A DNA stretch of 52,588 bases, filler included, from Sphacelaria rigidula (lineage: Eukaryota), in the NCBI GenBank assembly GCA_964200075.2. It is 4 parts of 4 records of this genome, joined end to end, with 100 filler letters (N's around TTAATTAATTAA, not from the genome) between each part and the next. Parts side by side here need not be neighbours in the genome. Positions count along the whole stretch, not along the records: positions 1 to 13,075 come from CAXNAA020003172.1; 3 more parts are not named here. The stretch is one strand, 5' to 3'. Shown here piece by piece: positions 1 through 11,099 of this stretch (within the stretch, counting starts at the first letter, position 1; every line of letters starts with the position of its first letter). The position numbers were made by a program, and so were the translations under genes. The notes under the pieces were generated by a model. The model saw only the letters and a list, made by a program, of their open reading frames with translations, searched no databases and was not told the origin of the DNA.

Positions 1-172
1 CCTTCCGCTTTTTCCCTATCCATGCGTACTCTTCAACTTTGCATCCTATTTCTCCCCCCTCTTTCTCCCATGGCTGGATGCGCGCGGGGGGGGGGGCTAC
101 AAGCCAAGCAAAAGCGGCAGATACATGCACTTGCATGAACCCTGAATTTGTACAGAGACTGAAAACACGAGT

Positions 173-555
173 CTGTGTGTGTGCGTGTGTGTGTGTGTGT
201 GTGTTGTCGTCTCCTTTATTGTGGACACCGGTCTACCCCTTTCGATACATGTGAGCGCACCAGCCGGGGTCATAGAGGAGGAAGGCCTACCCAGGAGTTT
301 TATTATTTCTTTGTTGGTTTTAATTCTTCACCTTTCTTCTGCGGTGCTCACCTTTCTTTGTTCATCGCGAGAGGGGTTCAGCCGCCCCTTACCCTCGTTG
401 ACCATTAAGTCGCTTTCTGTGTACCCACGACATAGTCGCTCTCCATTGTTGGGGGCATGGTGTGAGAAAAAATCTCAGATCACTCCGAGATTCGAACCCA
501 CGACCCAACCGTCAGAAGGTTTCGAGGTTACGAACTGAGCCACCGGGGCGACCGG
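173..555 (-). mobile_element. tRNA-derived SINE with (CA)n tail
   Basis: Minus strand from 555 reads CCGGTCGCCCCGG-TGGCTCAGTTCG (Pol III A box)...AACC-TTCTGAC-GGTT (anticodon-arm-like)...GGTTCGAATC (B box), then a ~280-bp body and a (CA)n tail (173-202). The head recurs at 26348-26414. The acceptor stem does not close properly, so this is not a functional tRNA. Confidence 0.75.
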
Positions 556-619
556 AGTTCAGGGTGGAAAATCCACAACCAAGCGCCCCTTATCTCCCCC
601 CCCCCCCCCCGCGCCCCCC

Positions 620-1790
620 GCCCCTTCATTTCTAGATAATGCCCATAGGTGAGGGCGAGGGGTGCGAGACAAAAAGTAAGAGGCATGATAAAAACAAGGG
701 AGAAATAGACGCCAAGACGGAAAGCAGCAACGGTCTACACGTTACACTTGTACCGTTCACGTTTCACGTCAAAAGTCGTCAAAAGTTAAGCCAGGCTAGT
801 AGTATGGTGGGGGACGGGGACCACGTGGGGAGCCCCGATTTGACTTGACTTTTGAACCGGGCTCCCCACGTGGTCCCCGTCCCCCAGCGTAGTACTAGCC
901 TGGCTTAACTTTTAACGTGAAACGTGACATTACGTGACACGTAACGAGTGTAACGTGTAGACCCTTGGAGAGTAGAGGAGGAAAAAGCACCTGAAGATAT
1001 ACTGGAGGTTGAGAGAGGGGATCGGGATGAAAGCATTTCTGCATGGTCCAACGGACTCCGCGAAAAAATGAAACTGCGATTCCGGGTGGGGGACCTAGAC
1101 CTGCCAGAGAGAAGACAGAGATACCCCAGAATTCGAGTGGAGGAGGGAGTAGATGCACAGATGACCCCTATGGCAAAGCAATAGAGAGTATAACTCACAT
1201 GGTGGCGGAATGTGAACTGTACAAGCAGGAACGGGACGTGGTAGAGGGGGTAATGTGGGAAGGACACGAAGATGGCATGACATCGTTTGATGCACAAGAC
1301 AGCAGAGAGAAAACGATGGCTATACTAGAAGATAGGTGGTGACCACCAAAAAAAGCGAAACAGGGAGGGGATAAGATATGTAAAAGGTTTTGTGTAATAT
1401 TTGGGAGGAACGAAATGAGCGCCTAAATGTTGGAGGTGACTCTGACAGGAGTAGAAACGGTACTCCGTCTCCAAAGGGACGCATGGTCAATGGTCACACG
1501 ACGAAGACAACAAACAAATGGGTACGCCCTCTCCCGTTTCTGTTTCTTCATACTCTCAACGATGGCTATACTACGAGATGTATGGCGACCACAAAAAGCG
1601 AAACAGGAAGGGGGAGAAGATGTGTAACATGTTTTGTGTAATGTACGGAAGAAATGTAATGAGCGCCGGAATGTTGGAGGTGACTCTAATAAGAGTAGAA
1701 ACGGTGCTCCGTCTCGAAACGGACGCATGGTCAATGGTCAAATGACTAAGGCAAGCAACAAATAAGTACACCCCGCCCCCCCCGTTTCTA
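620..1790 (+). mobile_element. 5'-truncated non-LTR retrotransposon 3' end with a tandemly duplicated terminus
   Basis: ORF 1043-1342 has a LINE C-terminal zinc-knuckle-like remnant (C..GKAIESITHMVAECELYKQER). The terminal ~246 bp is duplicated (units start at 1314 and 1560 with CGATGGCTATACTA), each ending CTCCGTCTC..GGACGCATGGTCAATGGTCA..GTAC(A/G)CCC. The same end motif recurs at 12915-13000, 16570-16640, 16680-17035, 39370-39418 and 43450-43765. Confidence 0.6.
728..967. mobile_element. MITE / hairpin element
   Basis: Near-perfect palindrome. Termini are CAACGGTCTACACGTTACAC ... GTGTAACGTGTAGACCCTTG; inner arms are AAAAGTTAAGCCAGGCTAGTA..GGGGGACGGGGACCACGTGGGGAGCCC and its reverse complement. 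Inserted in the LINE fragment. Confidence 0.8.
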
Positions 1791-2159
1791 TTATTCCATA
1801 CTGTTAGCCTCCCCTCTCTCCTCGGAACAAATTCGTTGTTCTAACGTATTGACTCATTTTGTCCCCTGTGTCCTGTGGTACACTGGAGTGAGTCTCTACG
1901 ACGGAAACCAACAAGATGTCTGGCCGTCTATTTGTCCGACATTTTCACTCCTCAGGCCTATCTCTGGCCATTTTTTTTTTTTGCGGACCTTCTCGCCTCT
2001 GCTGTTTACCCGGCGTGCGACAATGACTAACGACAGCCATCACGCGAACGCTCGGCCTGGACCAAAGCGCACCTCCTGGAGTGGCGTGCGCGTGGCAATA
2101 AATTGTCGAGATTTGGATTGACTCTCTTACCTCCCATCGACCTTAATCGAATTCAACTA

Positions 2160-4990
2160 ATGCTACTCACGCCTCACGCTTCTGAACACGAAAATCGGTT
2201 TCTGCATGAACAGGCCATATATCATGGGACGTGGACCCAGGAAATTCGCTGAAAACGGCAGTTGGTGTACCAATTTGATTACCTGAGGCATGATCTCTAT
2301 GTATGGCATACAAACGTCGAGTTGCGTACGGCCATATATCGCTGGTGAGAAACGTCCAACTCGGGCTGAAGCTCGAACTCATAGTATGTACCATGTAAGC
2401 ATGTTGTCTTTTGTCGGGAACTACTAGCTTCTTGTCTCTTTGCACACAAAATATAGTATGGGGTCAAGATTCCGGCTCGCTATCTTGGAGCATTTTTTTT
2501 CGCAAGCCTCCAAAATTTGAAACCTTAATCTGTACTCGTTAGTTTAAACCCTATCTAACCCATACTGTACGAGTGGAAGCTACGCGTACGGAACCAAAAA
2601 CTAATGAATACCCAGCATGTCCTAAGTTCTCTCAGACCTGACAGAGGCCTCCACAAGCTTGAAGATGCCGGACTGAAGGGGGGTACGCAGCGGCTCCGGC
2701 GCCTCAGAGTGCCCTTTATTTTGGCGGATCCCGCCGACGGCTCCGCCCCTCGATACATTCTTGTCGCCGTAGTTCCCTCTTGCGACATTCCTGTTTCTAC
2801 TCTCGCCTCTCTTGGCTTTGGGCAGGTGAGACTGATGTGTTGTTCCCGGTGTGGCTGACTTCCCGCTCGGGAAGACAATGTCGGCGGCTTCATCCCCAGC
2901 CTCTGGCAAAACGTAAACACGGTCGGATATCTCCATCCGTGGCTATGATTCTTCGTCTGTACAAGATCGATTCAAGTGTTGTAAGTGCACCCGAATGGAT
3001 GAAGGAATCTCTAAGATCACTTGCGGGGATGATGCAGCTGCTCAGGAAGGCCATCGTACTCCTTAAACTACAAAATGGTGGCAAAGTACCAGTATTTGAA
3101 GTATTTGTTCAAGGGCGAGATGCGGGGAGGGTGACTTGCAAGTGTTCCTTTTCGTACGGATTTGTTTTTCACACACGAGAACTTCACGGTACAACTGGTG
3201 GTGAGCTCAATGCCTTTTTTAAAAATGGACGGGGACAGGAAATGAATCCGCGAATATACTCGGGTTCGTGTTGTGCCAAAGCTTGTAAACCGCTTGCGAA
3301 GGGAACCCACGTTTATTACCGTGGGGGGGGTACACATAATTGGACGCAATTGATTCAGTGATTGTTGGGGGAAACGTATACGCAACTTTGGTTGAGCTTT
3401 CATGAGCAGACCTGTACAATCTTTATGAGTATAAGTCAGGATTCCTTGAGAGAAAACGTGAAGCTGTTAGACAGAATCTACGCGGACGACCATTATGTTC
3501 TGTACATGCGAAATTTCCAGGGATATTCATACATGTATATATATATTGTCGCACTTTGAACCCCCTCCCTTCCTCGAGACGAGTTCGTGGTCTCAAGGGA
3601 TCATCCCATCTCTCCCCGGTATATGCCTTGAATTTTGATCTCGCGGATTGGATCAGCACTCCCGCACCGCGTCAACTCACGCCAAACATACTCAGTGGAC
3701 TATTTCGTATACTCGCGTTCTCACGCTTCCCACGGTGGTATATATGCCACGGAAATTTTACGAAGAATAGTCTATAGACAAATATCCCAGCTACGACTTG
3801 ATTGAGGCGGAGTAGCGCAGGTGTGGCGTTTTCAGGCATGAGAATAAACATTGTGGACGAAGGCACCGAGAACAGAAAACTATTGATGCCGCGATACCGA
3901 GCACACCCACCAGCTGGGAACTCCCACGCTTCGGGTCGTTTCCGCCAATGTCGCTCACATGAGGCACCTCATGTAGTTCGAAACCAGCTATCATAGACTG
4001 TATGGTCATTTTCTTCTCGGCAGGCTTGGGGCTGGTTTTGGGGGGGGTATATCGTGGCATAAGCCAAAGAGACGAATGCCTCCACTCGCGATAAGCTTGA
4101 TATAATGCCACAACTGGCCCGATAAAGTAATCGTTCAAGTGTTCCCAATAGGTTGTCTGTAACATGTACGTGTATATGAAGACATTTTGGATACTTGTAG
4201 GTCCCTGGCTTCACGCGTTTCCTTACCCCTGCTGCCAAACAATGTCTTCAATGGCACGACATGGATACATTTTTTTAAGCTCTTAACAAGACATTTTCGA
4301 AAATTCGAAGAGAATATATGAAAAACAACAGTCGGTAATGTTCAGTGTTTCGAACATCAAGGGACCAGGAAATAAACACATGAAGAAAATGTATTTTCCG
4401 CATATTTTTAGTTCACAGTCAGCAGCACAGTCTGTGATACCAAGGCAGAGTCAGCGTAGAGGGGTTCAGAGGGGACGGGGGATGCGTGGACTCTCGAACA
4501 AGAATCAGATAATTGGCTACGACTGCAGAGATTCACCATCGGGGCGTGCACCTCACTACTGTCGCTCGTAACCATTTACAGGCGGGACTTGTATCCTACC
4601 ATTGGTAGACATTTACAACCGCAACTTGTGCAATGCAGCTTTTACTTGCAGAGAGTTTCGACCTAGAGTTTATGTTACCGTTGTTAGTAAATCGGATGAA
4701 TGAACACGAAGAACAAAGGAAGACACGATGCGCAGGATGAACTTCCATGAACGATTGATGGATTGATCAGTTAATCGGTTGGTTGGTTGGTTGGTTCACC
4801 GCAGCAAATTAACTGACCCCCTGGATATACAGCTATTGTCACAAGATAGATATTCTCGCAACAGACTATGACAAAAACACGAGCTGAAGCAAGCTCGAGA
4901 GAGGAGGACGCCGGAAATAGAGAGAGAACAGCACAGACGCAAATGACCACAACATATTCGACATCAGTTGCCACCCCTAATATCACATAC
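2160..4990 (-). mobile_element. Degenerate Ty3/Gypsy-like LTR retrotransposon (pol remnants and putative 5' LTR)
   Basis: Minus-strand peptides resemble Ty3/Gypsy pol in the right order: RT (CGIISSLSRVEAFVS; FSVPSSTMFILMPENATPALLRLNQVVAG ~ F.TP.G.Y..MPFG..APA.F.R.MN; MFGVS*RGAGVLIQSARSKF ~ VF..LR.AGL.L...KC.F), then integrase zinc-finger-like KKLVVPDKRQHAYMVH. An LTR-like segment ~4603-4987 (TGTGATA...CTACCA) is followed by A-TGGTAGG (PBS-like). Many stops and frameshifts; matches were made by eye. Confidence 0.5.
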
Positions 4991-6779
4991 TCACGCCAGT
5001 CGTAATTTTTACACACTCGTACTAGTCACCGCTCCTCATCACACACACACTCCTCGGTCCAAGATTCCGGCGAATTAAGTCCACGTTAGTCCCCGCTCCC
5101 AACCATCTCATCCCTTGTATTGCTTCGATGAAATCAAGGTATACAACGGATAACTTGTTGTGGAAATCCTGCTTTGTTTTCGACACCAGATACCGCTATC
5201 AATCTTCTAGCCGACGAGAACTGCACTGGGAAAACATTTGATGCCCCAGTTGTGCGTTCAGTTTTATCTCGGTAGTTGCGCATTAACTTTAATGCACTGT
5301 CGTGCTCATCCTGGACTTCGTGTGCATATTCTCAGGTAAGAAAGCCATGAGAAAAAGCGTTGGATCAAGATGAATAGTGTCGACTTACACCAAGTTTGGG
5401 AGCGAGAGCCTACGATGAGGTCGTGGCGACGCTAGCTTACAGTTGCAACTGGTGCCGGGCCCGACACCATTGTTCGATGTCGAAGACTTCTGGACACTCA
5501 AGCACCATCACGGAATGGCGCTCAATCATCGGTGGCCCATGCCCAACCTAGTTCTTGCCGCCCCCGCCCCCCGCCCCCGCCCCCCATTTCGCAGATACAG
5601 AGAATTTACTATAGGTGTGCTACACGAAGAAATACGATGCTGTCCAAACGAAGAAAATGTACTACCTTGTGTCGAGTGTGAAACTGCCAGCTGCTTGATC
5701 ACCTAAACCCATGCCACGGTAGGGGTTGCACTTTGGGGCGCCGATCTTTCTCATACAGGGATTCCTAAACCTAGGAACTGCACAAGAATATGGGTCAAGG
5801 CATTCCCGTAAAGACCTCAGTCGAAATGTCCCTAGTTGATTGCAACGTTAATCGAGGCGTGCTCTTACATATTTAACAGGCCAAATTTTGGCTAGATGAA
5901 GGGCTCCGTACAATTCAAACTTGAGAGAAAAATAGTATATCCCTACCGTGGCATGACTCTCTACTGGATACGCATGTACCCTGAAGGGGGGGGAGAGCAG
6001 TGTTGCGATCACAGTGTACACACTGCTACAGAGGTAATAATAATGTACTGGTGGCTGTCAATGCTTTTCATCTCAATGCAGTAGCCTGCTTCTTGCTCTT
6101 CTAGACTTCCGTCTGCACCTAAAAATCGTCCGACCCTTTGACAGAGGAGCATTTCCTTCAAAGTTCACGCTCGCCAATCCACCACTTTGTGTATCGACTT
6201 TTGTGCACGGCTGCTCCTACGGTACTGTAAACACCCCAAACCATCGGTGGTTGAATGATGATACTTCACCAGGAAGTACATACAACTCGTATGCATTATC
6301 CACAGGCTTCTCGCACAAGCACAGCACCCACTTCATCAACCGCGCCCCCCCCCCAACGGTCTAAACCTTGATTCGTTTCACTTCTCTCGTAGCTATAACA
6401 CATGTTTTCTACGATACCCTCTCCCCCCTCCCCCAACGGAAAAAAAACAGCCCAAACTTATCACGAAGAAAATGGTCATACAGCACTTGCTGTTTGGTTT
6501 CAGGCTGCATGAAACGCCTCATTTGTGCCACATTGGCGAAAACGAGCTTAAGCGTGGGAACGCCTACCTGCTCGTTGCGCTCGTTTTTTTTTCATTTCGT
6601 TTTACGTGTGGAAGAATGCGTAGCCAGCGTGTACCGAACTGAGCATGTCGGAAGTGGCAGGACCCCGCATTATCTCCCCTTGTATTCTTTTCCCCTACTT
6701 ATTACTTACTTCCATGCACCCCTCCCCCGAGATGGTTTGTGTTGATATGTGGTGTTTTTTCTGTCATGCCTGGTATATT

Positions 6780-7039
6780 CCACGGTTCGGACGAATCATT
6801 GCCGGTTCAAATCACCAAATCCACGATTTTTCAGGTCTGATGGCTCGAAAGTGAGAAAAAAAGTTGATCGCTGGTCAAAAAGGTCCTACGCAATTTTTGC
6901 GCCATTCCGCGTGCCTGGGGTGCGCGTACCTGGATTGCAACGCTGAAAACAAATACCAAGGATTGATTCATACGGTACGAATCAATTACACAAAAATGAA
7001 GTTATTTCCACAAGAATCATTGATTCGTCCAACCCGTGG
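6780..7039. mobile_element. MITE (family also at 22569-22829)
   Basis: TIRs CCACGGTTCGGACGAATCATTG / ATTGATTCGTCCAACCCGTGG, with TATATT on both flanks. A diverged, colinear copy lies in contig 2. Confidence 0.75.
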
Positions 7040-7084
7040 TATATTCGTGCACATAGCTGTCCCTTTAGAGGTCCAAGGATAGAA

Positions 7085-7472
7085 CCCTGCGATTCTTATC
7101 GCTTTGGCTGATGATCGTGATCCTTGAGATTGGCTCCCTTCCTGTTTGGCTCCGCGTGTTGAGTGGACCAATGAGCCCTGCCTCCACTAGCCCGAACGGT
7201 CGCATACGGCATCGGAACTTAGGGGGCTAGCGGTAGTTTTTCTTCCTTCCTCTTTTCCTTCTAATTTTGGTTGTCTATCGTTTTTCTTCTGGATTGCGTC
7301 TGTGTGAAATGTTTCTGGGTCCGATTTTATTCTTGACTCTCGTTTACCCTATATTGGGGTAGTTAGTCTCTGACCACGGAAGGCGTCCGCATCAGACGCC
7401 CAGTACAGAGTACTGCGCAGGTATTGCAACGGTTTTTGAATGTGAAGACAACAACAACAACAACGACGACGA

Positions 7473-7509
<37 letters not shown>

Positions 7510-7518
7510 AACGACAAA
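7085..7518 (+). mobile_element. Retroposon (RTE-like LINE/SINE) 3' end with (ACA/ACG)n tail
   Basis: T-rich 3'UTR, then GACCACGGAAGGCGTCCGCATCAGACGCCCAG...AACGGTTTTTGAATGTGAAG and a trinucleotide tail at 7448-7518. Homologous to 8245-8388. Confidence 0.65.
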
Positions 7519-7914
7519 CGAGTCATTCTTTGGGTGGGGGCTACCGCAGAAAGTGTCTTATGTACGGGGCGATTTGAGGCGACTGACACATGCACAAGCC
7601 TCTGGTGATGTCGACACTTTTTTTTGTGTCATTCCAAGGTTGTACCTGTGTTCGGTGAACTCTGCCGACGATTTGTGCAAACTCAATCTACGCAGCAATC
7701 ATGTCAATACATGTATGAAACATGGGTTTCTTGCGCAAGCCACACCGCGAGTGAATCAATACCTTTCCCACGTGACGATGATGTCGACCCTGGTTCGTTG
7801 TACCACCCACCTCGTACTATCTTGTGAAACGCGAGCATGTAGAGTTCAAAGTTTAAAGTTTCCTGCTACGGATACCAGCTGTATTCCACAAGGTAGAGAA
7901 CATGCCATGCAGTG

Positions 7915-8331
7915 CTTGTCTTGATACACCTGGTATGCTTGTGCGTATGGCTGTCCCTCGAGAGGCCGAAAGATGGAACCTTGCGATACTTAGTTCTATG
8001 GTTGGCGGCATTTGGGGCCTTGAGCCTCGCCCGTAGTCGGATCCTATGTTCATGTCTACTTGGCGTTGCGCGTCGAGTTGGAAAGGCTGGTGCCACCCCC
8101 TGAAGTCCGAATGGCCACCTGCGGCACCGGATCTACTGAGGTTAGACATACGTACCCTCTGTCTTCTCTATCATTTATCCCTGCTTTGCTTGTATCGCGT
8201 TTTGTGAGTTTTATTCTGGGTCGATTTTTTTTTTTTTTGCTAGCCTGTGGCCACGGAAGGCGTCCGCATCAGATGCCCAGCACGAATGTACCGCGCAGAT
8301 GTCGGAACGGTTTTTAATGTGAGGACTTCAG

Positions 8332-8381
<50 letters not shown>

Positions 8382-8388
8382 ATCAACA
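7915..8388 (+). mobile_element. Second retroposon 3' end with (CAA)n tail
   Basis: GGCCACGGAAGGCGTCCGCATCAGATGCCCAG...AACGGTTTTTAATGTGAGG followed by (CAA)n at 8332-8388. The 5' boundary is approximate. Confidence 0.6.
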
Positions 8389-8982
8389 GAGAGCAGCCTG
8401 TACAGTATGGCAGCAAAAAAAAACTCTCCGCCGCTTTTAAACCCAGACTTGGTTAAACCCAGCCCCCACGTTCAATCCCGTACTGGTGAGCACACGTCGA
8501 TACGTTCGCATGCTTCATCATTCTGGGGATTTGATTTGGAGGCAGCGACGTAAATGTTCATTCGCAACCGCGTCCCCGGCACGCACGTGCGGTACATTGT
8601 AGATTACAGATACACCACATTATCGTAGATCCTTGTTCAATCAAAGGCAGAGAGTTCTGTCACATGAAGAGGGTGACGTCGGCAGATCCCTTCAAGGGAA
8701 GCTTTCCGCAGATTCTTGCCTGATAGGGCTACAAGCTCTGATAGGTCCTCCAAAGCGCCGTCCGCCAAAGCGTTGGACTACACATAGTACGGTCTGTGCT
8801 CTCACCTTGTGCGGCGGAACTCCCTGAGCGACCCCTGCTAATTACACCGCATTTCTGACTGGTCGGACAGCGACACGAAATTTTGAAATTCAGGAGTGAC
8901 CACAGGTCTGAAAAATCAAAGTCTGTCGATGCTTGCCTGTAGCGCACAGGTCCAGTACCAGAAATGAGACCGTACCGTAGCG

Positions 8983-9160
8983 ATGTCTGAGGCTTCTGGA
9001 TCATCGGGTGCAGCAGGTTCGAAGGACAACAATATCCCGGCGAATGCAAATGAGGGCTGCGTAGGACCCGCAGCGGAGGAAGCCGGGAAAGCCGCTGCCT
9101 GTGCAGGGTGCCCTAATCGGACAGCCTGCGCCTCTGGCAAAGGACGGGAGGTTGACCCAG
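8983..9160 (+). CDS. NBP35: Cytosolic Fe-S cluster assembly factor NBP35/NUBP1, first coding exon (rest of gene not found in this contig)
   Basis: MSEASG...PANANEGCVGPAAEEAGKAAACAGCPNRTACASGKGREVDP carries the NBP35-specific N-terminal CX13CX2CX5C motif. It ends at the donor CCAG|GTGTGC (9160/9161). Confidence 0.9.
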
Positions 9161-9239
9161 GTGTGCGCAACATGAGTACTGTATACTATACTATATCGAT
9201 GTGAGATGCTGGCTATTGTGTAGTGCACTGTCCATCACT

Positions 9240-10574
9240 TCATGTTTGGGGAGTACAGCAATCGTTTACTGTACTTCTTTTTTTCAAATGCTTGGAAAAC
9301 GAGCGACGATATGTGTATCCTAAGGATTGGAGGAAGAGAAGGCATGGCTTGCACTTGATGGCGAGGATCAAACGGACGATAACACCCCCTTTCGGAAGTT
9401 TCCAAGCCCTCGGCCCTCAACGTTCTCGAGCAATATCACCTTTCACTTCTCGGAAATGGATCCTGTTCGTCGGAGGGTCTTGATGGCGTCCATCCTGAGT
9501 CAACCTTTCTGTGGCGTGACCGCCCCCTGCTTTTCGAGAAAATCGATATTGACACGGACATGTACGGCACGCTCACCGACCAACCCACGTTGTCTTCACC
9601 AGCACACCATCTCCACGATCCGCGAGTCCGCAGCTCGTGTTTACCATCCCACGGCTTCGTCTTCAGATTCGTGGACGGGAAGCAGCTGTAAGATGTGGTG
9701 TGTATTGCTGCATCCGCGTACTCCATGGTGGATGGCGGGTGATTGCGGTGAAATGTCCCGGGTTTGAACTTGAACGCTGGTTGCAATGCTACGTATGCTG
9801 TAGAACAGCCAGTACCACAGTACCGCTGCTCCTGTCGCATCTCCTACCGCTCATGACAAAATACCACATACTGACAATGTATCGCGTAGCGCCCGGCTCG
9901 ACCATTGCTGCCATTTTGGAGCAAGCAAATCACCTCTCTGTGTTGTGCGCTGAGTCGTCGCACAACTTTGTCCACACTTTTTGGCCTTCCGATATTTGTT
10001 TGCTCATCTCCGTGCAGTCAATTGCACATCGTACGACCAACGGGTACGGCCACCATGACTGTACTGCTGTTCTGTCTTGAAACAGCGGAAAGCTGCTGCG
10101 GCTCCAAGTCAACCCTGTGACCGTCAGGGTCGGTCATCTGGCTCATGTAGTCATTTTCAAGGGAAGCTGATGCCGATTCGACAGACGGCACAGCCCTTTT
10201 CCGGCTGGAAAGACCGACTGCAGGGTTATACACTGGAATAGGTGCATTGTACTGTTTGTTGCGGCGACACGGCCTTCGGGTTTGTGCTGCGCACAAAACA
10301 AATTGCGGGGCGATCTCTCACGGCCCCCTTGACACCCCAAAGCGAGGACATTGTTGCCATGATCTTATAATAGTAGTGCACAACATTCCCCTGTTCGAGG
10401 CATGTTGTCTCACCCCACCTCTTGTGCCTACGGTTGCCAGACTTACCTCAGCAACCCTACACCTTCCCATCACAGCCAAAGATTTAAAGATTTTTGTCAG
10501 CAAACCTAAGCTTGTCATGATGGACTCAAGGCTAGCTCTTGCCGACTAAATGTTTGCCGTATGTGGGATAACCC
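9240..10574 (-). mobile_element. Degenerate Ty1/Copia 5' part (PBS, gag, protease-like remnants)
   Basis: Minus strand ...CCCTTACA|GGGTTAT resembles an LTR end followed by the GGTTAT half-tRNA-Met type PBS. Gag-like SWWPYPLVVRCAID..EGQKVWTKLCDD..MAAMVEPG and a protease-like region (WLVGERAVHV..KVILLENV) follow. Confidence 0.45.
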
Positions 10575-10811
10575 TGTAAGGGATGTGCCCATGAAGTAGT
10601 CGTCCACCGAAGCTGGTGTGCATGGCATACGCTTTTGCCCGTGTATGGGGAGACGGTGGCAACTTGGTCACGAGAAAAAGATCACTTTCGCTTCATCAAA
10701 GTCGTTATCAGTTGACAAGAAGAAGTAGAGGTGAGAAAGGGGACGCGTCTCCCTCCCAACATCAGAAAACTCATGAACTCCTCAGAATACAACCGTAGTA
10801 ACTCCCCAACA
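10575..10811 (-). repeat. Putative Copia LTR
   Basis: Minus strand TGTTGGGGAG...CCCTTACA (TG..CA), lying downstream of an RT and upstream of a PBS/gag. The 5' boundary is uncertain. Confidence 0.4.
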
Positions 10812-11099
10812 CATGAACACAAGAGCTCCTCAGGATGTAAACATGAGAACTCCTCAGTACACAAACGATAGACCCCTCGCTGTGATATGTAGGTATCATC
10901 AAATACTGCGGGAGAAAATGGGCCAATCAAAATCATGGAAACATGAAGGGTATTCTCCGCATCAGTCTATTTCATCTCCGTTAATCCAGTCATCACTACA
11001 TATATCTGGCACTGGTTAGATTATCTCTTACTTCCTCCATGCTCGCGACATTACCTGACGGTGTACACACCTCATCAATGTACATACCAGGACATATGG

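Noticed and set aside
470..555. Functional tRNA gene
   Set aside because: The D and acceptor stems do not pair properly, and it is attached to a repeat body with a (CA)n tail, so it is a SINE head.
2780..3361. 193-aa + strand ORF as a novel protein
   Set aside because: No recognisable motif; it lies antisense to Gypsy-like pol remnants.
7105..7230. Hammerhead ribozyme suggested by CTGATGA
   Set aside because: No properly placed GAAA core or stems II/III could be built.
7424..7924. Poly-Thr mucin-like ORF
   Set aside because: It is the translation of a retroposon (ACA/ACG)n tail.
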